From the NCBI GenBank assembly GCA_011526015.1, contig WYBG01000315.1, positions 1 to 44,555 of the forward strand: DNA of 44,555 nucleotides, given 5' to 3'. The translations under genes and the position numbers were made by a program. Within the stretch, counting starts at the first letter, position 1; each line of letters opens with the position of its first letter. The stretch is from Deltaproteobacteria bacterium (GTDB lineage Bacteria; Calditrichota; Calditrichia; RBG-13-44-9; J075). This document shows positions 1 to 8,549 of the stretch, one piece after another. Below the pieces are notes generated by a model, which saw only the letters and a list, made by a program, of their open reading frames with translations, ran no database searches and was not told the origin of the DNA.

Positions 1-113
1 CCATGTCCTCGCTCCTGGTTTGTGAAAATTGGCGGGCGGAAATCTACCAATTTTCAAAGTCAGGTGCTAACCCAATCGCCACAAAGATTTGAGGCAATAT
101 AAATGCGTCTTAA

Positions 114-680
114 GTGAACGGTATTGATTCTAAAAACTATGGAGAGTTTTTTGAAAAATTGGCTTCTGATAAGACAGAAATTGTTCTTGTAAAAGAATCA
201 CTTGACAAATTTGACTTAAAATATTTTGAGATTGTTAATTACAAGAATAATGAGGTGAAAATACAATTTTTTCCTATCAACATAAAAAACAAAGATATAA
301 AATATTATTCTTTTGCGAAATTCGCTGCATACTTTAGTTGGTATGAAAAAGTATTCGCATTGCTCTTATATATTTTTTTGATTGTATTATTTACAAGAGG
401 ATTATGGGAAACTTTCAGAAAAGCGGGACGAAACAGCAATCTTTCCATAATTCCGATTATTCGGTTCATAGAAATTGGCAAAATATTGGAATTGCCAAAA
501 TGGCAAATATTTATATTATGTATTCCACTTATAAGAATGGTTTTGTCCTATCATATATCTATTAAAACCTGTAAAGCCTATGGACTAAAAGGTAATTTGC
601 TTAAAGGTGTTGGAATAATTTTTCCTGGAATATTATGGACCTATATTGGATTGAATTATAATGTCAAATATTTGGGATGA
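114..680 (+). CDS. DUF5684-like small integral membrane protein with an N-terminal soluble extension
   Basis: GTG-start ORF. The C-terminal half (WETFRKAGRNSNLSIIPIIRFIEIGKILELPKWQIFILCIPL...AYGLKG...GIIFPGILWTYIGL) follows the KAG..W..lIP...WW..l..iP...FGK pattern I associate with the DUF5684 family and has several hydrophobic helices. The next ORF starts 10 nt downstream. Confidence 0.5.
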   Translation: MNGIDSKNYGEFFEKLASDKTEIVLVKESLDKFDLKYFEIVNYKNNEVKIQFFPINIKNKDIKYYSFAKFAAYFSWYEKVFALLLYIFLIVLFTRGLWETFRKAGRNSNLSIIPIIRFIEIGKILELPKWQIFILCIPLIRMVLSYHISIKTCKAYGLKGNLLKGVGIIFPGILWTYIGLNYNVKYLG

Positions 681-689
681 AAGGTTCTT

Positions 690-1301
690 ATGGGAAACGA
701 ATCTCAACTACCCGTTGATGAAATTGTCGGCTTTCTCAATTCCTATCATAATGAAACTCTAATCAAATTAAAAACCAAGTACCCGGAATACAGTGAAATA
801 TTTGAAATTGGCATTAGAGCTGGAGAAGAAATACGCGACAAGAATGAACTTGAAGTAAGAACTGAGCTTTGCATAGAAGGATTAAAGGCAATTGTTCTAT
901 CGTGCGAAGAATACATCCCAAAAATTAGGAAAAAAATCAGAACAAGTAATAGACTTTCCTTCACTGCTCAAATTATAATCCTAATAAGTAGCGGCTCAAT
1001 AATTCTTTTACTAAAAGAAAACTATGGAAAGTTAATGGGGTATATTGGGGCTTCATTGGCTTTGATCGGTTCAATCATATCTTTGATAGCTCAAAACAGG
1101 TTAAGCAATCTCAGGCCAAATTCAGATGATTTAGTTAAGACTTTGGAAAAACTGGTTTCAAACAAATTAGAGGCACAAAGAATTCTGCAAGAATTAAAAA
1201 TTTCCATAAAGTTTCAAAATTCTTTTGAAACTATTAAATCATTTATAATTGCAGGCAATGACCTTTCGTTTAAGACACAGAAGCTCTTGGATTTAATCTG
1301 A
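690..1301 (+). CDS. Hypothetical protein with two central TM helices flanked by helical/coiled regions (possible SLATT-like membrane effector)
   Basis: ATG at 690 is preceded by AAAGG. Two adjacent hydrophobic helices (FTAQIIILISSGSIILLL and LMGYIGASLALIGSIISLIA) sit mid-protein. The SLATT-like idea rests on topology only. Confidence 0.45.
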   Translation: MGNESQLPVDEIVGFLNSYHNETLIKLKTKYPEYSEIFEIGIRAGEEIRDKNELEVRTELCIEGLKAIVLSCEEYIPKIRKKIRTSNRLSFTAQIIILISSGSIILLLKENYGKLMGYIGASLALIGSIISLIAQNRLSNLRPNSDDLVKTLEKLVSNKLEAQRILQELKISIKFQNSFETIKSFIIAGNDLSFKTQKLLDLI

Positions 1302-1355
1302 AACAGAATTGATTCATCTTTATAAAATTTGATCTTGAAAATTGGAGAAAATCTT

Positions 1356-1679
1356 ATGAAGGCACTTACGAGATTCGAATTAGGAGACGGAACCATAATT
1401 TATGTAGAAGATGATTCAATTCAAGGACTAACTAATGTAACTCCGGTAGTACGGGGAGGTGAAATTCCACCTAAGATTAAACAGAAGTTTGAAGGTGAAA
1501 TAGAAAAGGTAAAACCGGTTTCCGAAAAATTGATTTCAGAATTAAGTGGGTTAAGCAAAAAACCTTCTGAAATCGAGGTAGAATTCGGCTTCAAATTGAG
1601 TGGGAGTGTAGGATTTGTAATTACTTCTGGAGAAGCAGAAGCAAATTTTAAGGTAAAATTGGTATGGAAACAAAAATAG
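1356..1679 (+). CDS. Trypco-type (trypsin/CHAT co-occurring, CU044_2847-like) small protein
   Basis: The track ORF starts at a TTG (1329). I prefer the ATG at 1356, preceded by GGAGAAA. N-terminus MKALTRFELGDGTIIYVEDD and C-terminus EIEVEFGFKLSGSVGFVITSGEAEANFKVKLVWK match the family pattern (FEL.dG..v.VEvd ... veFg.kl....g.vi......a.f.V.L.W) as I recall it. Confidence 0.6.
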   Translation: MKALTRFELGDGTIIYVEDDSIQGLTNVTPVVRGGEIPPKIKQKFEGEIEKVKPVSEKLISELSGLSKKPSEIEVEFGFKLSGSVGFVITSGEAEANFKVKLVWKQK

Positions 1680-1687
1680 TAACCCCT

Positions 1688-3202
1688 TTAATCTTGCATT
1701 ATTAAAATTGGAGAAATCCATGTAAAATCATCCCGATTTATAGTAGCCAGTTTGCGTCTTGCATCTAGTAATGCAAGTTCGGGCAGCCCATGTTTTGCCA
1801 ATGATTTATAAAATTCTACTGCAAGGGTTTTTGCGCCTTCATCAGAGACATTCCAGCGGAAACCTAATATTGCTGGAATTCCTGTGTGTGTCAAGAGGCT
1901 ATCTGCAAGTCCTAAGGAGTTATCATTAAGTAACTTAGAGATCTCCCCTGTTTCCATTCCTCTGCAACAACTTAAATAAACGAAGCGAGTTTCAGAATCT
2001 TGAAGAAGCATTTGAAGTTGATCAGCTGCCATTGGTTTGATTTCACCTGCACAATTAGGTTTTTCCCAGAAAAAGATAGAGCTTTTTTCTGGAGATTCTA
2101 CGTCAAAAGAGCCATGTCCTGCATAATGAATTACATGATACTCTTTACATTTTTCTAACTCCTCACAAACCACATCATATGTTGCTTCATTAGTTCGAAT
2201 CGATTTAATAAAGACAGGAATTTGTTTCTCTTCAAACAGTTCCCTTAAAGAATCGTTTAAGATGTTAATCTCTTCATCAACCAAAGGCATATTGCCTATA
2301 TCCGAAGCAATGAGAAGTATTTTAAACTCAGTATGAGAAGCCCAGATCTCATTGTTAAAAAATTCAGGTGTTATAGTTTTTTTCTTTTTTTCAGTATGAC
2401 TAATCAATCTTGTTAATGGATGTCTTAGAACAAGATAATCTTTTTTGTTAAAAAGAAATTCAATTGGTACTTTCAAAAAGTGAATATTTGATACAAATTG
2501 AAGATGTAATTCACGTGGATGTTCTAGTTTGCCATACGTCTCATGATATTTGTCATAGACTTCTTTATGTTCATCAAAAATTTTCCTATATAAATCTTCT
2601 CCTACTTTAGATGATATGTACCGCCAAAAGTTTTGTCTATTCTCGTCATCTTTGAAATTTTGAGAAAACGCCGTTTTTGCCTCGCTGTTAAGTATGTCGA
2701 CCTCAATATCCAATACATTTTTGGTATAGGACTGATAAGTCTTCGCACCACGTAGATTAATATAAATTGAACGTTGCGATTCACATGAAAGAGAGAGTGT
2801 GTAACCTATCTTAGATTTTCTAAATGGAGGCAATTCCTCTAATAATTTATTTACTTTTGCTTCAAGAACTGTTTTACCGTATGGCTTAGGCAAATAATCA
2901 TCTGCCCCTATAGTTAAGCCTTTTGTAACATCTTGATCACTACGCTTATGCGTAAGCATCAATATCTTTATATGTTTGGTCTCAGGGGATGATTTTAAAT
3001 GTTTACATACTTCATACCCGTCCATTTTAGGCATTACGATATCGAGTATAATCAATTCTGGATTATATTTTTTTACTTTTTCTATTGCTTCAATTCCATC
3101 ATGGGCAATCACGACCTCATGCCCAAGACTTTTTAATTGATCTTCAAGAAAAATTACTATTCTTGGATCGTCTTCCGCAATCAATATATTAGCTTTTCTC
3201 AT
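1688..3202 (-). CDS. Response-regulator receiver domain fused to a CHAT (caspase-like) protease domain
   Basis: The N-terminal REC domain reads ILIAEDDP...ELIILDIVMPKMDGYEV...KILMLTHK...GADDYLPKP. The C-terminal CHAT-like domain has a His motif (HVIHYAGHG) and a Cys motif (VYLSCCRG). Its ATG overlaps the kinase stop by 1 nt (TAATG). Confidence 0.85.
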   Translation of the reverse strand: MRKANILIAEDDPRIVIFLEDQLKSLGHEVVIAHDGIEAIEKVKKYNPELIILDIVMPKMDGYEVCKHLKSSPETKHIKILMLTHKRSDQDVTKGLTIGADDYLPKPYGKTVLEAKVNKLLEELPPFRKSKIGYTLSLSCESQRSIYINLRGAKTYQSYTKNVLDIEVDILNSEAKTAFSQNFKDDENRQNFWRYISSKVGEDLYRKIFDEHKEVYDKYHETYGKLEHPRELHLQFVSNIHFLKVPIEFLFNKKDYLVLRHPLTRLISHTEKKKKTITPEFFNNEIWASHTEFKILLIASDIGNMPLVDEEINILNDSLRELFEEKQIPVFIKSIRTNEATYDVVCEELEKCKEYHVIHYAGHGSFDVESPEKSSIFFWEKPNCAGEIKPMAADQLQMLLQDSETRFVYLSCCRGMETGEISKLLNDNSLGLADSLLTHTGIPAILGFRWNVSDEGAKTLAVEFYKSLAKHGLPELALLDARRKLATINRDDFTWISPILIMQD

Positions 3203-6200
3203 TACAATCCTCTCTGCTTTAAAGGTAAAGTAAAGATAAACGTACTTCCTGAGTAGAGTTTACTCTTCTCGACCGCAATTTTACCACCATGCATTTCAAT
3301 ATACTTTTTTACAATATACAAGCCAACACCTGTACCCTGAACTTTAAATTCAGGATGAGAGACAACTTGATACCGCTCGAATATCTTTTCATATTGATTT
3401 TCGGGGATTCCTCTTCCTGTATCTTCTACTCTAACTACAACCTCGCCTTGTTCAACACTAACTAATAATATTACAGACCCTTTGGGAGCCTCAATGTATT
3501 TGATAGCGTTGTAGATCAATTCTGAAACAACAAATTTAATTTTTTCTTCATCTAATAAAATCTCATAATTAGTATTATCTTTAGTATTCAATTTTAACTC
3601 GATTCCCTTCGATTCGGCCCAAAATGTAAACTTTTCGATTACCTTAAGAATTATTGATGATATGTTTACGAATTCGGGATTAAAGGATTCATTGTTTTTT
3701 TGTAATTGAAAATGATATCTGTATTTTTCAATCAAATCTACAGCTTCATTAACACTCGAAAAAGCTAATTCTACTTTGGAGCGCTGATCTTTCGTAATTT
3801 TTCCATATTTTCCATCTAATAGCATCTCTAAACAACTTTTGATCGGGGTGAGAGGGTTACTTAATTCATGATAGGCAGTCGAGAAAAGATCTGTTTTCTC
3901 TTGGTCAGATGCTTTCAGCTGTTCATATGCCTTTTCCAAATCTGATGCTCGCATTTCGAGATTTTGATTTATATTTGCATTTTCTAATGCAATAGCTGCA
4001 TAAGAAGCTAAGTTTTCGAGCCATCTTCGAGCACGCTCTTTGTATGCATTTTTCTCCATGCTCTGAACAGTTAGCTCGCCTATAAATTTGTCTTTTACAA
4101 TGAGAGGTAGGTATATCAGTGATAAAGGAGTACCACTTACCCCCTTCTCATCTTCAATAGGTGCTTTTTCAAAGCGATCATCATTTAGCAAATCATTACT
4201 AATAATAATATCCTTCTCTACATAACATTTCACAGCAGCGCGATTTTTATCCTCTTCGGAGTTTAATGATATAGGATTTGCTTTTGACCTTGTATGATTT
4301 TCAATGTAGAGGTCATATAGCAACAACCCTCTTTCCTCATCTAAACTAATAATTGCAAATGTATATGCATCGACTGCTTTATTAACTTCTTCATAAATTT
4401 TCTCTAAAGTTTGATCAATTGACAGTGTAGAGGTCAATTTTCGGCCAATTTCACTTAAAGTTTCTAAATCTTTATTTCGTGCTTCTGCCTGTTCCTCTTT
4501 GATTTTGTGGAGGTGAATTTTTTTTCTGGCAGAAGATCTGTATAGGGCAAAGATTAAAGAAAAAATCAAACCCAGAGATATAATTAAGGTAGGCAAGAAG
4601 TATTTTTCCGAAATTGGAGAGTCTTTAATTTTTATTTTAAATGACTTTTCCGTTGAGGAGCTTACATCTACTCTAACGTTAAATGTGTATTCTCCGGGTG
4701 GTAAACTAGAATATTCCCTAAAATTACTCGTACTCTTAACGAAACCAGTATCCACCCCTTCAAGTTTAGACTCATAAAGATGTTTTCCTTGACGTGCAAA
4801 ATCAGATGTAGTAAAACTAATTTTGAATGAAGTCTGTGTATATGGTAATTCTATACCCTTCTCAGAAATAGGTCTTTTGGTTGGGACCGTATCACTGCCA
4901 TAAGATTCAAAGTCAGTTATGATCACTTGAGGAGGGTTAGTATCTTGTTTTATAGTTATACTATCGGGATGAAAAACGTTGAACCCATTAATTCCTCCAA
5001 AAAACATCCACCCCTCATTATTCTTAAGATACGCACCTCCATTAAATTCATCCCCCTGGACTCCATCTTCGATAGAAAAGTTAGTAAAAGCTTCTTGATC
5101 ACAATCAAATTTTGAGATGCCTCTGTTCGTACTTAACCATAAATTGTCACGAGCATCGATTAATATTCCATAAATCAAATTATCTAGTAAGCCTTTTTTC
5201 TGATCATACACCTTCGCTGAATCTTTATCAATTTCATATTTTATTAGTCCGTTTTCTGTTCCTAACCACAAACCGTGTTTATTCTGATTTATTGCATAAA
5301 CATTTTCAGTTTTATTAATAACAGTATCTTGTTTTACTGTTTTATTCTCCCCATCACCAACACATTTCCACAACCCTTTTCCCATAGTTCCGATCCATAA
5401 AGTCGCGTTAAATGAATCATCATATAAGGCATAGATAGAGATCGTGTCTAATTCTTGAACTCTATTCGGATAAGATTCAATATCTTTAACCTCCTCATTA
5501 AATTTGTAGCGGAAAAGTCCGCTATCATTCGTTGCAATCCAAAGTGTATTGTCCCGATCCTTTAAAATTTTCAAAATTCTTAACTGTAATGGAAATACTT
5601 TGGAAGGTTCTATCTTTTTCTCTTTTATATCAAAAATATACAGGCCGTCTCCCTCTGTTCCCAAGAAAATTACATCCTTCTCTTTATATATGGACCTAAT
5701 TGTTAGTGCGAAAGGATTACGATTTTGGAAATATGATTTATTGTTTTTGAATTCTGCCTTACAAAAATCATCAGAAAAATTAGCTTCTACCAAACCATAG
5801 CTACTTGTACCAATCCAAATCGTGCCTGATTTATCATTTGGTTCTTGAAAGAAAGACCAAATAAAATTATTCTGTATGTTGAAATCATTAGCAGTATCTA
5901 ATGCGATATTACCGCAAGGTTTATAGTAATAGTGATAGAATTTTTCCTCATGGAGCCTGTTTACCCCCCCACCCAAAGTTCCAATCCATAATCCACCATA
6001 TTCATCTTGATAAATTGAGCGAATTCTGTCGTTACTGATAGATTTATAATTACAGGGATCATAAACGTAATTAATAACCGTATCAATTTTTTTCTTATTA
6101 GGTGACTCAAAGATTAATTTATTAAGCCCGCCCTCCTCAGTTCCAATCCACAATATTTTTGGAGACAACCTATCCTCTAAAATGCATCTGATGAATTTAC

Positions 6201-7155
6201 CAAATTGATTGGGACGCTCTGCCTTTATTTTGGTGGCATAATCTACACTCTCAAAATTAATTTTAGAGATATCGACACTTTGATCTAAAGTTACTTTTGA
6301 TCTCCAAAGGCCATGTCTCTCAGTTCCTATCCATAATACTTCTGAGTTATCTCTATATATCGTTCTTATACTGCATGTATCAAATTCACTAAAGTGGATA
6401 AAAACTTTTTCTTCAGACTTACTTTGATTCTTTTTTCCCAATAGATTTAATCCTTTTCCAGTCCCAATCCACAGGTTTCCTTTCCTATCCTTTTCAATAG
6501 AATAAACATTGTTATGACTTAATGCTTGTAGTTCATCAGTCTTCTTAATTTTTTTTCCATCATTTTTATAAGGATGAAACTCAGACTTCCTTTTATCGAA
6601 TCTATTTAGTCCGCCACCTTCGGTTCCAATCCAAAGAATATTCTTTGTGGTAGACGTATCTTGGAAGATAACTGTAACCCGATTATGGCTTATACTTTGT
6701 TTCGAAGTACCTTTCTTGAAAGACTTGAATTCTTCTTTATATTTATCAAATCTAATTAAACCTCCCGCATTAGTACCAATCCACAAAAGACTTGAATCAC
6801 CTTTGTCTTTTTCTTCGTGTAAACAGAGAATGAATTTATTTAAACTATCTCCAAACTGCTTATTATAAACAATGAAATCCTTACCATTATATTTATTTAA
6901 GCCATTTTGGGTACCAAACCACATGAGTTTATCCCTATCCTGAAGAATACAATTCACAGCATTAATGGATAAACCATCCTTCGTTGTTAAATGTTGAAAC
7001 TGAACCTCTTTTTCCTCCTGACCGGCATATAGAGCTACCCCCCAAATGAATACTAAAGAAAATAGAATAATGGTTGTAAGTAGTTGGAAGGACAATGTTG
7101 ATTGAATAAGAATTAAATTAGACCTTAAAGATAAAAAATCTTTCGTCTCCATCAT
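3202..7155 (-). CDS. Sensor histidine kinase: TM, two-component-regulator propeller repeats, Y_Y_Y, TM, GAF, HisKA, HATPase_c
   Basis: An N-terminal TM helix is followed by many LWIGT..GL propeller repeats and a Y_Y_Y-like segment (YESKLEGVD...PPGEYTFNVRV). A second TM helix (LPTLIISLGLIFSLIFALY), a GAF-like region, the H-box FSTAYHELSNPLTPI and ATPase motifs (DTGRGIP, GTGVGLYIVKKYIEMHGG) follow. GAGGAGG precedes the ATG. Confidence 0.85.
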   Translation of the reverse strand: MMETKDFLSLRSNLILIQSTLSFQLLTTIILFSLVFIWGVALYAGQEEKEVQFQHLTTKDGLSINAVNCILQDRDKLMWFGTQNGLNKYNGKDFIVYNKQFGDSLNKFILCLHEEKDKGDSSLLWIGTNAGGLIRFDKYKEEFKSFKKGTSKQSISHNRVTVIFQDTSTTKNILWIGTEGGGLNRFDKRKSEFHPYKNDGKKIKKTDELQALSHNNVYSIEKDRKGNLWIGTGKGLNLLGKKNQSKSEEKVFIHFSEFDTCSIRTIYRDNSEVLWIGTERHGLWRSKVTLDQSVDISKINFESVDYATKIKAERPNQFGKFIRCILEDRLSPKILWIGTEEGGLNKLIFESPNKKKIDTVINYVYDPCNYKSISNDRIRSIYQDEYGGLWIGTLGGGVNRLHEEKFYHYYYKPCGNIALDTANDFNIQNNFIWSFFQEPNDKSGTIWIGTSSYGLVEANFSDDFCKAEFKNNKSYFQNRNPFALTIRSIYKEKDVIFLGTEGDGLYIFDIKEKKIEPSKVFPLQLRILKILKDRDNTLWIATNDSGLFRYKFNEEVKDIESYPNRVQELDTISIYALYDDSFNATLWIGTMGKGLWKCVGDGENKTVKQDTVINKTENVYAINQNKHGLWLGTENGLIKYEIDKDSAKVYDQKKGLLDNLIYGILIDARDNLWLSTNRGISKFDCDQEAFTNFSIEDGVQGDEFNGGAYLKNNEGWMFFGGINGFNVFHPDSITIKQDTNPPQVIITDFESYGSDTVPTKRPISEKGIELPYTQTSFKISFTTSDFARQGKHLYESKLEGVDTGFVKSTSNFREYSSLPPGEYTFNVRVDVSSSTEKSFKIKIKDSPISEKYFLPTLIISLGLIFSLIFALYRSSARKKIHLHKIKEEQAEARNKDLETLSEIGRKLTSTLSIDQTLEKIYEEVNKAVDAYTFAIISLDEERGLLLYDLYIENHTRSKANPISLNSEEDKNRAAVKCYVEKDIIISNDLLNDDRFEKAPIEDEKGVSGTPLSLIYLPLIVKDKFIGELTVQSMEKNAYKERARRWLENLASYAAIALENANINQNLEMRASDLEKAYEQLKASDQEKTDLFSTAYHELSNPLTPIKSCLEMLLDGKYGKITKDQRSKVELAFSSVNEAVDLIEKYRYHFQLQKNNESFNPEFVNISSIILKVIEKFTFWAESKGIELKLNTKDNTNYEILLDEEKIKFVVSELIYNAIKYIEAPKGSVILLVSVEQGEVVVRVEDTGRGIPENQYEKIFERYQVVSHPEFKVQGTGVGLYIVKKYIEMHGGKIAVEKSKLYSGSTFIFTLPLKQRGL

Positions 7156-7218
7156 GCCTCCTCATGGCAGATATATTCATTCAGGTTTTTGAGCACTAAA
7201 AGTATTTCATCGATTCCA

Positions 7219-8307
7219 TCATTCCCTGTTCAAATCATTTTCCCCCTCCTCCACCGCATGAACTACAATCCCCGTATCCATAACAACGTAGCCCATTCCA
7301 TTCAGCAGTTTCTCCATGGCCACAGGATCATCGAGCGCCTGAAGGAGAATAAGTTTGACAGTCTGGGGGCTTTCAGCGCCGAATTGCGGTAATATTGATT
7401 TTGCCAGCCGCCAATAGGATTTTTCAAGCTGAGTGCGAATGAGCAGCTTAAATTCAGGGCTCATAAACTTTACTGCGTGCGTGAACGGAGGCTTAATTAG
7501 AACCCATTTTAACTTTTCACCCACTCTCGCAAAAAAGTCAACTTGTCCGCCGACAAATCCTGCCCGTGCCAGCATGCCCGATAGAGATTTACTGCCACCC
7601 AATTCCGGCGCCAGGGGAGTGGCAAAAACTCCTTTGGCGCCTTTAAGTATTTTCATAGAGGTTTTTGAAGTGGCCTCGATACTTTTTGCTGCTGCCCTGT
7701 GCGTATAATGCCAGAGCGGCGTGCTTTGACCCGCAGCACGCTTGATGATTGTGCCGGCAGTTTTGAGAGCGCCGGCGACATCCCTTCCTTGCACTACTTT
7801 GGCAGGCGTTACCAACGCTACCTCAATCTGGCCTGCTAATTGGCCGGTCATTTCAGCAAATTTTTCCGGCTCTTCACTTGCCGCTCTCCAATATTCTTCA
7901 ACCAGCTTCTTCATTCCCTTCTTCGTCTGGTCAAAATTTACCACTAACGTATACATCCCTTTCGCCGTTTCGATGGGATGAAGCACCATGTCCAGCATTC
8001 CCTTGCCAGCCTCCAGAGCTCCTTTAACAACCCCTCTTAAATACCCAAACGACTGTTTCATAATCCCAACTTCTTTCAGACTTTCCCACAAAAGTTCGCT
8101 ATTGCGGATTTCGAGTTCGCCGGCTTCTTCTTTATCAGAATAGTGCTTCTCAACCACCCGCCGCACCGCCTGAGTCCCCACCAGTTGCTGCATCTCAAAG
8201 ATCGGATGCGCCTCCTGCGCACTCAACGCAGTTGAACCCGCGGGGTGAAGAACACTTTTGTTCTTATCCGCCTGCTTTATTCTGATCGCTTCAAAAAAAG
8301 GCATCAA
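7219..8307 (-). CDS. Hypothetical protein, putative eCIS payload/effector
   Basis: This is the last GC-rich gene of the eCIS operon. The N-terminal segment IFEMQQLVGTQAVRRVVE resembles the LQR.iGNqAv.rLl leader seen at the N-termini of DUF4157/eCIS-associated proteins. The internal LWHYTHRAAAKSIE...GAKGVFATP loosely resembles HYD1-type ART toxin signatures (weak). Confidence 0.5.
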   Translation of the reverse strand: MMPFFEAIRIKQADKNKSVLHPAGSTALSAQEAHPIFEMQQLVGTQAVRRVVEKHYSDKEEAGELEIRNSELLWESLKEVGIMKQSFGYLRGVVKGALEAGKGMLDMVLHPIETAKGMYTLVVNFDQTKKGMKKLVEEYWRAASEEPEKFAEMTGQLAGQIEVALVTPAKVVQGRDVAGALKTAGTIIKRAAGQSTPLWHYTHRAAAKSIEATSKTSMKILKGAKGVFATPLAPELGGSKSLSGMLARAGFVGGQVDFFARVGEKLKWVLIKPPFTHAVKFMSPEFKLLIRTQLEKSYWRLAKSILPQFGAESPQTVKLILLQALDDPVAMEKLLNGMGYVVMDTGIVVHAVEEGENDLNRE

Positions 8308-8323
8308 TTCCCTCGATTCCTCT

Positions 8324-8545
8324 TCATTTCGCTTTGCCGGTTTTCTCCCCTTTGGGATTATTCTCCTCCCCCTCCTTCCCCAACTCCTCCTCCAACACCT
8401 GAATCGCCCCGCTGATGCGCAGCAGGGTGCTGCGCAGGTTGGCTTCCTGGGCTTCCAATTCCGCTAACCGCTTCTGGCCGGCTTCGAATTCGGCTTTAAG
8501 CTCAGCGAGTCGTTTTTTTAGCTGTTCCTGCATATTGTTCTCCAC
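8324..8545 (-). CDS. Small coiled-coil protein (possible fibre-assembly or adaptor factor)
   Basis: 73 aa with heptad-like LAELKAEFEAGQKRLAELEAQEANL and a charged lysine/glutamate tail. It is tightly packed between the fibre gene and the putative payload gene. Confidence 0.5.
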   Translation of the reverse strand: MENNMQEQLKKRLAELKAEFEAGQKRLAELEAQEANLRSTLLRISGAIQVLEEELGKEGEENNPKGEKTGKAK

Positions 8546-8549
8546 ACTT

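Noticed and set aside
24-55. Perfect 9-bp inverted repeat GAAAATTGG…CCAATTTTC with a 14-nt loop near the left edge
   Set aside because: No flanking U-run exists on either strand and the upstream context is cut off by the window edge. It cannot be distinguished from a chance hairpin or operator site.
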